35,911 nt of DNA from a virus (Duplodnaviria; Caudoviricetes): the IMG/VR virus record IMGVR_UViG_3300030397_000329, positions 1 through 35,911 of that record, one strand, 5' to 3'. The notes beneath the pieces are model-generated. The model did no database searches, was not told the origin of the DNA, and worked only from the letters and a program-made list of their open reading frames with translations. This document shows, one piece after another, positions 1 to 8,205 of this stretch (positions are counted from its first letter, which is position 1; each line of letters starts with the position of its first letter). The position numbers were made by a program, and so were the translations under genes.

Positions 1-94
1 CTAACCGTTTTACTAGTGCTGCGAGTTGTTTGGTTGCCCACCCTTTGGTGCCTCTTGCTTTAGCTGTGGAGGCTCCTTCTTTGAGTGTCCGTCC
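1..94. repeat. 94-bp exact direct repeat of 656..749, probably a chimeric contig end
   Basis: ctaaccgttttactag...gagtgtccgtcc is identical at 1-94 and 656-749; the second copy lies inside an intact ORF. Confidence 0.85.
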
Positions 95-139
95 TCAGCG
101 TGGCGGCCACCCAACCCGTGACGACCGTACCCCCCCGTG

Positions 140-382
140 CTACCAGTGTTCAACACTAGGTGAGGGGGAGTGGAGGGTACGGCGTGCCTGGTTACATTTC
201 TGGCAGGCCGCCCGGAGGTTGTTCGGATCGAACCAGGATCCGCCTCGAGATACCGGAATAATGTGGTCGATGACCTGGGCTTGGTGGGTGCATCCAGGTA
301 GTTGGATACGGCAGGTGTGGTGGTCCCGTTGGAGGATTTGTTGGCGTAGGCCGGGGGGCCACCGGTACCAGGGTTTAGCCAC
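140..382 (-). CDS. Small HNH endonuclease at genome end (terminase-associated, HK97 gp74-like)
   Basis: ILQRDHHTCRIQLPGC...IDHIIPVSRGG...NLRAACQKCN; GTG start at 382 inferred (ORF track starts at 427). Confidence 0.85.
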   Translation of the reverse strand: MAKPWYRWPPGLRQQILQRDHHTCRIQLPGCTHQAQVIDHIIPVSRGGSWFDPNNLRAACQKCNQARRTLHSPSPSVEHW

Positions 383-448
383 TTGTTGACCGTCCTGTCC
401 TGGTGGAAAAGTGTGCAATTGTAGCAAGTTATTTAATTACACGTTTGT

Positions 449-477
449 AATTTAGTGTGGGGTTGGGGTTTTGTCAA
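449..477 (-). promoter_or_regulatory. Sigma-A-like promoter upstream of the terminal HNH
   Basis: Minus strand TTGACA (472-477), 17-nt spacer, TAAATT (449-454). Confidence 0.55.
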
Positions 478-1001
478 ATGGTGGTTGGTTTTTTTCCGTT
501 GCCAGAAGCTACCTGTTTTGGTGGTTGTTTGATGGGTTCGCCGCAGAACCCGCAGATTGTCACTCCGTAGGGTTGTCTTTTCCATTGGCCTGTGCATGTG
601 TTGCGTCCGCATCTGGGTTTTTCTTCTCTTATGCGGTCCGGGTCCATGCTGTTTTCTAACCGTTTTACTAGTGCTGCGAGTTGTTTGGTTGCCCACCCTT
701 TGGTGCCTCTTGCTTTAGCTGTGGAGGCTCCTTCTTTGAGTGTCCGTCCGTCTGGTGTGATGTAGTCGTGGTTGGGGGATCTGGTGGTGTCGGTGATGGT
801 GGCGTGTCCTGGTGTTGATGCTTCGTGGATTTCTGTGAGGATTTGTAGGAGGTCGGGGAGGTCGGGCCATTCGTTGGTTAGTTGGTTGATGCCGGTGTGT
901 GTGCGTGCTTGTAGGCGTTGTTTTTCGTTGTGCCATGCTGCGCGGTCTTTGGTGTGTTGTTTGGTTAGTCGGTTCATTTCGGCGCGTTCTTGTTTGTTCA
1001 C
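474..1001 (-). CDS. Hypothetical protein with C-terminal Zn ribbon
   Basis: 175 aa; CGRNTC...CGFC; AGGAG RBS upstream. Confidence 0.7.
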   Translation of the reverse strand: MNKQERAEMNRLTKQHTKDRAAWHNEKQRLQARTHTGINQLTNEWPDLPDLLQILTEIHEASTPGHATITDTTRSPNHDYITPDGRTLKEGASTAKARGTKGWATKQLAALVKRLENSMDPDRIREEKPRCGRNTCTGQWKRQPYGVTICGFCGEPIKQPPKQVASGNGKKPTTI

Positions 1002-1011
1002 TGGTGTGCTC

Positions 1012-1368
1012 CTATTGGGTTGTTGTTTCTTTTAGGAGTTGGAGGAACGTTTCGACGGTTAGTGCGATGATTGGTGGTCCGGGTTGTGTGCGGTTGGTGT
1101 TTCCTGGTTTGCGGGTTAGGCGTTTCCATACGATGAAGGTGTGTGGGTGTCCTGCTTTTTTGATGGCTTTGGTTAGTTCTTGGTGGATGTTGAGGTTGGT
1201 TCGGTTTTTGCATTCTCCGATCCATTCGATGTTTGTTTGGATTCTGATGTCGCCGCGGTCGTTGGTTCCGCCTTCTGGGAGTCGTTCGGCGGTGAGGTTG
1301 TGTGTTTGTGCTTTTCGGACTGTCCATGTTTCGAGTTGTGTTCCGAGGTTTTTGGGTTTGGTTTTCAC
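1012..1368 (-). CDS. Holliday junction resolvase-like PD-(D/E)XK nuclease
   Basis: G-x-x-x-E near N-terminus, DRGDI and ECKN motifs typical of actinophage resolvases. Confidence 0.75.
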   Translation of the reverse strand: MKTKPKNLGTQLETWTVRKAQTHNLTAERLPEGGTNDRGDIRIQTNIEWIGECKNRTNLNIHQELTKAIKKAGHPHTFIVWKRLTRKPGNTNRTQPGPPIIALTVETFLQLLKETTTQ

Positions 1369-1427
1369 TAGTTGCTTCCTTTCACTCGAGCGGCTGGTTG
1401 GTCATTTTTTTCTCCTGTTTGGTGGGG

Positions 1428-1624
1428 AAGTCTGGATATTCCCCCTCTTATAGATGGGGGGAAAATGTCCAGACTTTGTGTCCAGACCCTTTGACCTGGG
1501 GTTTTGCCGTTTTTCATACAGAGTGTCCAGACTTTGTCCAGACTTTTGGTGTCCAGACTTTGTATATGCTTTGACCTGGGGTTTTACATTTTGTTAACGT
1601 AAAGTCTGGACATTGGTCTGGACA
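1428..1624. repeat. Iteron-like repeat cluster, candidate replication origin
   Basis: TGTCCAGAC at 1466, 1479, 1524, 1535, 1550; inverted GTCTGGACA at 1604 and 1616 (variant at 1430); TTTGACCTGGGGTTTT at 1490 and 1570; intergenic, downstream of the helicase. Confidence 0.7.
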
Positions 1625-1634
1625 CCCTCCCTTT

Positions 1635-1931
1635 TTAGGTTTTTGGGTTTGGTTTCCTCTCTTTCAACGGTTCACTCCCCAACAAAGCATTGACTATTTC
1701 GTCACACGGAAAGGCATGCCAGTCCTGCCATGCCTCCTCATAAACGCTGGACGATTCCAGCAGCGCAATGGCTTCTTCTCTGGTGTAGACCACCCGATCA
1801 GCAGCAGAACAGAAACCAGCGCGCAGACCAAAGGGTGCGTGAGCGCCCCTAGCTTCTGGGTACATGTAGTAGTGTCCTTTGTAGCGGCCGTGTTCGCAGG
1901 GGGCTTCGACGACGATACGGGGTTCGCTCAT
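1635..1931 (-). CDS. Hypothetical protein
   Basis: 98-aa ORF with ATGA overlap to upstream gene. Confidence 0.6.
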   Translation of the reverse strand: MSEPRIVVEAPCEHGRYKGHYYMYPEARGAHAPFGLRAGFCSAADRVVYTREEAIALLESSSVYEEAWQDWHAFPCDEIVNALLGSEPLKERKPNPKT

Positions 1932-2236
1932 TCTTCTGTTCCTTCCCAGAGATGTGGCTTGCCCTCCGCTACTACCCGTGCAGCTAGGATGGTAAAAAGG
2001 TCGTCGTCGCTTAAGGTGTCCCTAAAGCCGATGGACATAGCCACTAACTCTTTGGCTAGATTTAGCTTGTCCTGCAGTCGGGCAGATCTCGCTATCAGTT
2101 GTTCTATTCGCTCGTAAGGGTCTACGTCCTGCAGTTCTGTGCGGTACTTCTCACCAGCAGCCCGACCGACCGACGAATACTTGTCAGTGTTGTATTGTTC
2201 GTTCAGGAACTTGCGAACCTTGTTGATTGGATGCAT
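1928..2236 (-). CDS. Hypothetical protein (MHPINKVRKF...)
   Basis: C-terminal 102 aa of the 1928..3205 ORF; AGGAG RBS before ATG at 2236. Confidence 0.65.
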   Translation of the reverse strand: MHPINKVRKFLNEQYNTDKYSSVGRAAGEKYRTELQDVDPYERIEQLIARSARLQDKLNLAKELVAMSIGFRDTLSDDDLFTILAARVVAEGKPHLWEGTEE

Positions 2237-2271
2237 TTGTTCTTCTCCTGTTTGGTGGTCTGGGTATCCTT

Positions 2272-3450
2272 TTATAGTTGGTTGACGTGTTCGTACCATT
2301 GGTACCTGTTGGCGTTGCCGGTTGTTTCGGTTTGTACTACTAGCCCGTCGTTTTCTAACCGTTCGAGGTGTTGCCTCATTTTCTTGTATTCGTATGAGTT
2401 GGTGTCGACGGTTTCTTCGGGTATGTTCAGTTTGTATGCGGTTGCCATTCGGACTGTGATGGGCATTCCGTAGTCTTTGATCCACACGTCTAAGTCTCTG
2501 GTGGTTCGTTTGGTCAGTTCGCCGGTTTCGTAGTTGACTGTCACTTCCATTTCGCCTACGAACATTGCTGGTGCTTTGAGTTGTTCTAACCGGAGGATTC
2601 CGGTTCCGGGTTTGCCGTCTACGAGTAGGACGGATCCGGCTCCGGCTGTTAACCATGCTGACCCGTATACGTCGTCGAGGTCGAGTTGGCGTTTGCTGCT
2701 GGTTTCTTGGGTGCTTTTCCGTGGGTGGTGGAGCATGGCTACGTCGATGTTGTTGGCTATGCATATTTGGATTGCGTCCATGAGTGCTTTGGCTGGCCCT
2801 TCGTCTTTTAGGGGTCCGCCTGCGAGGTCTTTGCTGGAGTCGATGAATATTGTTTGGGCTTTTGCTTGTTGCGCGGCGCGCCACATCATGTTCGGGTCGT
2901 CTTCTGACGCCCATATTTGGCGTTTGTGTTCGATTATTAGCCGTTCTCTTAGTAGGGAGGCTGCGGTGGGGGGTGCCATGCGTCTGAGGCTTCTCATGGC
3001 TTGTTTGGGTCGGTCTGCTGCGATGTAGAGGATGGTCCGGCCGGGGTTTATTGGGTTGATGGGGTATCCGAGTAGTTCTGTGGGGTCTACGCCGATTAGT
3101 GAGAGTAGGAGTCTTCCGGCGAGGGTGGTTTTGCCGATTCCTGTGGGGCCGTAGATCATGAGGGGTTCGCCGGTGGCCCATAGTGATTCTTGGTGTTTGC
3201 CCCATATGTTTTCTACTTCGAGGGGAATGGTGAATATGTGGTCGCCTGGGGATAGGTCGAATTCGCCGGGTTCGGGATCTCCGGGTATGTGGACGGCGGT
3301 GATGAGTTCGTATTCGTCGAGGTTGATGGTGTGGCCGTCGTCGGCGACCAAATCCCCAGCCCGGTCTTTGTATTCGGCCGGGCTGGTTTTGGATTTGATA
3401 ACCACTTCATAGTCTGCTGGTAGACGTTTGAGGGTTTCTCTAATGGACAA
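2272..3450 (-). CDS. RecA/AAA-family ATPase, RepA-like replicative helicase
   Basis: Walker A GPTGIGKTT, Walker B IFIDS, LHHPRK and YGS motifs; possible C-terminal winged helix. Confidence 0.8.
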   Translation of the reverse strand: MSIRETLKRLPADYEVVIKSKTSPAEYKDRAGDLVADDGHTINLDEYELITAVHIPGDPEPGEFDLSPGDHIFTIPLEVENIWGKHQESLWATGEPLMIYGPTGIGKTTLAGRLLLSLIGVDPTELLGYPINPINPGRTILYIAADRPKQAMRSLRRMAPPTAASLLRERLIIEHKRQIWASEDDPNMMWRAAQQAKAQTIFIDSSKDLAGGPLKDEGPAKALMDAIQICIANNIDVAMLHHPRKSTQETSSKRQLDLDDVYGSAWLTAGAGSVLLVDGKPGTGILRLEQLKAPAMFVGEMEVTVNYETGELTKRTTRDLDVWIKDYGMPITVRMATAYKLNIPEETVDTNSYEYKKMRQHLERLENDGLVVQTETTGNANRYQWYEHVNQL

Positions 3451-3462
3451 TTCTAAACTTGG

Positions 3463-3894
3463 TTAGAATGGTTTTTCGAGGTCTGTGGGGGTGGGTGCAG
3501 GGTTTTTGGGTGGTGGGGTTTTGGATCCTCGCATTCGGGTGGCTTTTTCTTTGGTTCCTTCTGGTGTTTCTTCGTGTTCGAACATGACTTCGACGCGGCG
3601 GCCGGCGAGGTCGTCTAGGTTGACGGTTTCTCCTTCGGCGGGTAGTAGGTTGGGGTCGATTCCTTTTATCCACCCGTATAGTTTGCTGCGGGGTGACAGT
3701 TTTTGTGATGCCATCGCCCATGTTTCGTGTTGTGTTCCGCCGTCGTCGATGTCTCCGTCGATTTGGAGTATGAGTTTGACTGTGGGCCCGTACCCGTAGT
3801 CGTCTCCTTCTTCTACCCGGTCGAGGGTGGCTGTTAACCATTCGTCGGGTTCGTGGAGGAACCCGCTGCCGCTTTCCATTTTTATTTGCACCAT
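3463..3894 (-). CDS. Putative single-stranded DNA-binding protein
   Basis: Lies between exonuclease and helicase; beta-rich core, Pro-rich tail ending in PF. Confidence 0.5.
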   Translation of the reverse strand: MVQIKMESGSGFLHEPDEWLTATLDRVEEGDDYGYGPTVKLILQIDGDIDDGGTQHETWAMASQKLSPRSKLYGWIKGIDPNLLPAEGETVNLDDLAGRRVEVMFEHEETPEGTKEKATRMRGSKTPPPKNPAPTPTDLEKPF

Positions 3895-3952
3895 TGTTTT
3901 GTGCCCTTTCCTTTTTTCGCCGAACCTGATCGTCCGGACACTTTCAACGTTA

Positions 3953-4726
3953 TTACCCTGTTCCTTTCCCTTTGTGGACCGTGGAGAAACAGTCCTTTTC
4001 GTAGTTATCTTTCCACGCCTGCAGAGTGCGTAACGCTGCGAACGTTTTGAACAACCTATCTGATAGCGGAACCTCTTTGGCAGCGTATGTGGTGTTGCCG
4101 GGTAGGTGGACTGCTAGTCCGACGTCGATGGGTGGTAGTGGTTGTTGGGTGCCGTCTGCGTGTGCTATGAATTCGCCGGATGCGTACGCCTGGAGCTGTA
4201 ACGCGACTTCGGGGTAAATGTTTTTGGATGTTTTCCAGTCGGTTATCGCGGTTCGGCCGTCTTTTAGGATGAGTATGGCGTCGGTGGTGCCGGCGTATTC
4301 CCATGTCCGGTTGAAAACTGTCACCTCGAGGTGGACGACCGTTTCGACGAGGTCGTCTAAGAATTGGACGGCTCCGGCGACGTAGGGGAGCAGGTCGGGG
4401 TCGATTGGGGGGGCGTCGTGTTCGGATGCTGTCGCTTCGATCGCTGCGTGTACGGCGGTGCCGATGTCGCCTTTCCGTGTCATGTTCCGGTACGGGGCAC
4501 GTTTGAGGAGGTCTATGGCGTCTTTCGGTGGGAGGTTTTCCCATGCAAGCATGTTCTCGACAGCGTATGTGGCGACTTCTTTCGCAGCCCAGTTGGGCAG
4601 GGCGGGTTTGTTCATGTTGCCGATGATGGTGGTCACTGATGGGACTACCAGTTCGGGTTTGTCAGTGTTGGGCGGCCAAACATACCGTCGGCCTGTTTTC
4701 CCTCTAGCTAGGGCTGGTCCGCTCAT
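3953..4726 (-). CDS. PD-(D/E)XK exonuclease (RecE/Cas4-like)
   Basis: PSVTTI, GTAVH, YAGTTD, DWKTS, LQLQAY motifs; start MSGPALARG at 4726 via ATGA overlap. Confidence 0.85.
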   Translation of the reverse strand: MSGPALARGKTGRRYVWPPNTDKPELVVPSVTTIIGNMNKPALPNWAAKEVATYAVENMLAWENLPPKDAIDLLKRAPYRNMTRKGDIGTAVHAAIEATASEHDAPPIDPDLLPYVAGAVQFLDDLVETVVHLEVTVFNRTWEYAGTTDAILILKDGRTAITDWKTSKNIYPEVALQLQAYASGEFIAHADGTQQPLPPIDVGLAVHLPGNTTYAAKEVPLSDRLFKTFAALRTLQAWKDNYEKDCFSTVHKGKGTG

Positions 4727-4890
4727 TCTGTTCCCTCTGTTAAATGCTGGTTGTATGCGTCTAGTATGTCTTCTGCTGTTTCGTTGGCTGTTACCGCTGT
4801 TTGTTCGTATCCGTTTAACCGGGCGATCTGTTCGACGAGTTTGGCGAGTTTGCGGATGTTGGCTGTTACGGCTGTTTCGAAGTCGGTCAT
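4723..4890 (-). CDS. Small hypothetical protein (55 aa, MTDFETAVTANIRKLAK...)
   Basis: Read manually; ATGA overlaps at both ends; not in ORF track. Confidence 0.65.
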   Translation of the reverse strand: MTDFETAVTANIRKLAKLVEQIARLNGYEQTAVTANETAEDILDAYNQHLTEGTE

Positions 4891-5099
4891 TCATAGTCTC
4901 CTTGCCAGGTTCCCGCCCATGTTCCTATCGCGTATTTCCCTAGTTTTTGTGCTTCTCGGCGGCATTCGGGTTTGACTGGGCACATGTCGCATATCCTGGC
5001 AGCTTTCATGAAATGTTTGATGTTTATGAACGTGTCGGACTGGTTGTAGCATGCTGCTTCGTCTCTCCAGGATCCGCCGGTTTGCTGGTTTAGGCTCAT
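4887..5099 (-). CDS. whiB: WhiB-family transcription factor
   Basis: WRDEAAC...ARICDMCPVKPEC...GTWAG matches the four-Cys and G-x-W-x-G pattern. Confidence 0.85.
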   Translation of the reverse strand: MSLNQQTGGSWRDEAACYNQSDTFINIKHFMKAARICDMCPVKPECRREAQKLGKYAIGTWAGTWQGDYE

Positions 5100-6361
5100 T
5101 GTTCTACCTGGAGGAACATTGGGCCCACCCGGTCACGGGCTAGTTCGGCGTTTCTGGAATCGAGGTCGATGCCGATAGCGTCCCTTGAGTGGCCGTGGGC
5201 TACTGCGAGGGTGGTGCCTGTTCCGGCGAATGGGTCGAGGACGAGTCCGTGCCGGTAGTTGTCGTGGCCGCAGTCAGACCAGCCGAGGGTTGGAGCATTG
5301 CGAACGACGGATGTGTTGGAACCGTTGTCCATTCCGAACTGGTTGACCTTCTCGGCGCGACGTGAGCCGTCGGTCATGGCAAGCCGAGCCGGTACACGGT
5401 CGGTGTCCGTCCTCTCGTACTCGGCTTCTCCGACGACCCGTTCTCTTGGTTGTCCGCATTCCCGGCACACCTCCCGCGGACACATCGCCTCAATAGGTTT
5501 CACGCAGAGTTCAGCGGGCCAGACGGCGTAGTGGGCGCCCGCGTAGCCTTTGGGGCTGATCTTCCACCAGTCCAAAGGAGGAGCGCCAGCAGGGTTAGTG
5601 GTGTGTTGCGACATGTTTGGGCGTTGCCCTGGCGGTGTCTCCTTGTTCGTGTAGAGGCTTTCCCGGTGATAGTCAGACGGTTCGCGTACTGCGTCCAAAT
5701 CGAACCACCGTTTACCCGACGTACACGCCACCACCAACTCAGAAGTGGCCGGACGGAACTTATCGCCCAACGCACCAACAGGAGGGTTGGGACGCACCCA
5801 CCGGACCACATTCCGGACCCGCCACCGCCCAGCTGGTGATTCGACGCCGGTGTGGGGGTTGATGCCGTAGGCCAATGCGAAGCGGTACGCTTCGGGTACG
5901 AGAGTCAACGATTTAGCCAACGGCCACTCCGTTCCTGACTTGTCAACCGTGTAGTGTTTTCGGCCCGGAATCGTTGATTGTCCGTCCTCCCCACCAGCAC
6001 GACCAGATCCGCGGCGGGCCGACCCGTCATAGCGTTCCTGACCCGACCGCAATCCATCCTGCCCATAATCGCCCCCGGCTCCGCCCGACCCGGCGTAGGT
6101 GTCGCCCAACTCCACCGCCAACGTCCCATGCGGAGCTAACAACCTGCGCCACTCCGCCGACAGTTTCAGTAGCACGTCGATGAACTCGGCGGGGGTGCGT
6201 TCCGACCCTATTTCTTTCGCCTTGTCCGGGTGGTCAGCGGGTAGGTAAGACCGGAGCGCCAGGAAGGGTCAAGGGGGCGACGTCAACACGAGGTCAACAG
6301 AATTGTCCGGCAATTCGGCCATCCTCTCGAAGACATCGCCCACGAGGTATTTCACACTCAT
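5096..6361 (-). CDS. DNA N6A/N4C methyltransferase (beta class), interrupted by in-frame TGA at 6269-6271
   Basis: MSVKYLVGDV...DLVLTSPP*PFLALRSY...; HYAVWP and VLDPFAGTGTT motifs; single frame from ATG 6361 to stop 5096 apart from one TGA. Confidence 0.85.
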
Positions 6362-6783
6362 TCGCCACCCCCCTTCCTCTGTTTCCAGTACCAATTGCGA
6401 GCGTTGATTCCGCTCACACGCCTTGCATCGACGGTGGCCTGATTTCATGATTCGTGTGTTGGTTTCGTCGAATGGGTGACCCCGCCGACAATGTGTTTGT
6501 TGCGAGCGCCTGAGGGGCGTGCCCCATAGTTGGGCGTGACGACCCTTGGCGACCTTGTCGTCGTTATTGGCTTGGGGTGTGTTCTGGCGCAAGTGGCGCG
6601 GGTTGACGCACGGCGGATTGTCACAGGTGTGCATGATGACCATGCCGTTTATGAGTGGGCCAACGAAAAAGGAATATGTCCAACGGTGGGCCCTGATATG
6701 AACCTGTCCATCATCGGTTGGATATTGAAACCGTCCTCGATCTGTCTCTGGGTTAACTCGTACAGGTCTGAGTAGCCGTCCAT
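6358..6783 (-). pseudogene. Degenerate HNH homing endonuclease
   Basis: RAHRWTY...MHTCDNPPCVNPRHL...N and CRRGHPF...CKAC; apparent deletion near 6735 and apparent +1 frameshift near 6408; 5' boundary uncertain. Confidence 0.65.
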
Positions 6784-6966
6784 CGCTACTGCGATCTGAG
6801 ATATCCGTTCGTCGGTGATGGAGGAACACGCCTCCAACCTCCCTCGCAGTGTGTTGATACACGCCATCGGGTCATACCGTTCCATGCCCTCGTTACGGCC
6901 GTAACTGTGTCCGGGCTCGCCGCATGCAGCGCAGCGGGCTTCGGCTAGTTGGTCGGTCACCCTCAT
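6649..6966 (-). CDS. Hypothetical protein, probably chimeric with the HNH remnant
   Basis: AAAGGAG RBS; CAACG motif; C-terminal part overlaps the HNH frame. Confidence 0.45.
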   Translation of the reverse strand: MRVTDQLAEARCAACGEPGHSYGRNEGMERYDPMACINTLRGRLEACSSITDERISQIAVAMDGYSDLYELTQRQIEDGFNIQPMMDRFISGPTVGHIPFSLAHS

Positions 6967-6988
6967 CTCCTTTCGTCAATCAGGTCAG

Positions 6989-7207
6989 TCACTTCTGAAC
7001 CCCCCACTCCATAGCCACGGCTGAAAGAGTCATATGCTCCCACTTCGCCTTGTCTCTTAACTGTTGTTGTTGGTCGTCGGTCAGCCCATCGAACCATTCT
7101 TTCCATTCATCTCTACTGAACCTTTTGGGGTTGACTGGTACAAAACGAACCCACTGGTTGGTCATGCGGTGTCCTGTTCCTTTTTGTTGGTTGCGTTGGT
7201 CGGTCAT
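6989..7207 (-). CDS. Hypothetical protein
   Basis: MTDQRNQQ...EWGVQK; ATGA overlap at start. Confidence 0.55.
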   Translation of the reverse strand: MTDQRNQQKGTGHRMTNQWVRFVPVNPKRFSRDEWKEWFDGLTDDQQQQLRDKAKWEHMTLSAVAMEWGVQK

Positions 7208-7320
7208 CGTTTCGTACTCCAATCCTTCACGTCGAACGCAGCATCGCCTTCCTCGAGTTCCCGGTCTAGGTAATCGAGTACTGTTTGGTTGTATTTGGTT
7301 GCTATTTCTTTCAGAAGCAT
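7204..7320 (-). CDS. Small hypothetical protein (38 aa, MLLKEIATKY...)
   Basis: Read manually; purine-rich RBS; ATGA overlap with next gene. Confidence 0.5.
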   Translation of the reverse strand: MLLKEIATKYNQTVLDYLDRELEEGDAAFDVKDWSTKR

Positions 7321-7338
7321 TCTGCTTTTCCCTTTCGT

Positions 7339-7542
7339 TTAGTTCGTTGGTTCGATTTCGTAGCTGCACACCATCAGATCTGCAGCAAACCTTTTCGCCT
7401 GTTCAGCCGTCAAATGGACTAGCCCGATGTGTCCGTCGAAGTAGGTGAATTTGATGCGCACCAAATCGGTTGTTCCGTCAACGGTGATCTGCGTTGACCT
7501 ACTGACAGATGTTTGGGGTAGCAGGTCGTCTAAAACGCTCAC
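7339..7542 (-). CDS. Hypothetical protein
   Basis: GTG start through GTGA overlap; 67 aa. Confidence 0.55.
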   Translation of the reverse strand: MSVLDDLLPQTSVSRSTQITVDGTTDLVRIKFTYFDGHIGLVHLTAEQAKRFAADLMVCSYEIEPTN

Positions 7543-7622
7543 AGCGGGTTCAACCATGCAAGTTGGCTGGCAGCCAAGCAGACGGCCAGTGCTGCCAGGT
7601 ACAGCCTGTTTTTAAGGGTCAT
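7539..7622 (-). CDS. Hydrophobic micropeptide (27 aa, MTLKNRLYLAALAVCLAASQLAWLNPL)
   Basis: GGAGG RBS; 4-nt overlaps at both ends. Confidence 0.55.
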   Translation of the reverse strand: MTLKNRLYLAALAVCLAASQLAWLNPL

Positions 7623-7690
7623 CCGAACACCTCCAATATGATCCACACCCAAAACAGGATGGTTGCGACCACCCACACAACATGCCTCAT
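7619..7690 (-). CDS. Transmembrane micropeptide (23 aa, MRHVVWVVATILFWVWIILEVFG)
   Basis: ATGA overlaps at both ends; almost entirely hydrophobic. Confidence 0.55.
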   Translation of the reverse strand: MRHVVWVVATILFWVWIILEVFG

Positions 7691-8205
7691 TCGGGTTCCC
7701 CCACGCTGATGACTATGAGACCGGCGAGGATCAGTCCTGCGCCGACAGCCAGGAAGGCTGGTCCGTTACTGGTCCCGGTGAACGGCAGCTCCTGGTTTAA
7801 TGTAGTGGAGGGGTCGGCCGGTAGGGTCGTAGAGGAACTCGAGGTAGTTGTTGTCGTTGGTTGAATTGTCGTGGTTGACTCCTGTGTTGTTGTGGTTGTC
7901 GGCTGGGTTGAGGTTGTTGTGGTCGGCGCAGTGGACGTAGTGGTAACCGCCGGGTCGTGGCATTTCTCTACAATATCCCAAGATGATCTCCCTTCCGGTG
8001 GCGGAACATTGATGTTTTGGCCGTTTGTGCGGACGTTGAGCAGCGGTTCGAACCCGTTCTCGTAGAAGTTGGCGTAATCGTAGGAACCTGGGACGAACCC
8101 CGAATGGTTGTAGAAAGTGCTGCAATTGCTGTCGGCGAACGCTGGTAGTGCGAAAACGGTTGTTAGGAGCATTGCGAACACTGCGAACAGAAACTTGTCG
8201 CTCAT
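7687..8205 (-). CDS. Secreted Thr-rich surface protein with LPXTG-type sorting signal
   Basis: Signal peptide ending AFA, two Cys, Thr-rich stalk, ELPFTG followed by a hydrophobic helix. Confidence 0.75.
   Translation of the reverse strand: MSDKFLFAVFAMLLTTVFALPAFADSNCSTFYNHSGFVPGSYDYANFYENGFEPLLNVRTNGQNINVPPPEGRSSWDIVEKCHDPAVTTTSTAPTTTTSTQPTTTTTQESTTTIQPTTTTTSSSSTTLPADPSTTLNQELPFTGTSNGPAFLAVGAGLILAGLIVISVGEPE

Noticed and set aside
1-94. Possible terminal repeat or att site
   Set aside because: Copies the middle of a coding region (656..749) rather than the other genome end and starts at the first base; most likely an assembly artefact
1381-1404. 7-codon ORF MTNQPLE with a strong RBS
   Set aside because: Too short to support; probably a remnant of a deleted gene
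1428-1624. CRISPR-like array
   Set aside because: Repeats are 9 bp, irregularly spaced and in both orientations, with no spacer periodicity
2237-3205. Long alternative-frame ORF (part of 1928..3205) and the many plus-strand ORFs
   Set aside because: Low-complexity Arg/Thr/Pro or antisense shadows of real genes caused by codon bias
6269-6862. Genuine HNH-methyltransferase fusion as shown in the ORF track
   Set aside because: Better explained by a 1-nt frameshift near 6408; the MTase has its own RBS and ATG at 6361
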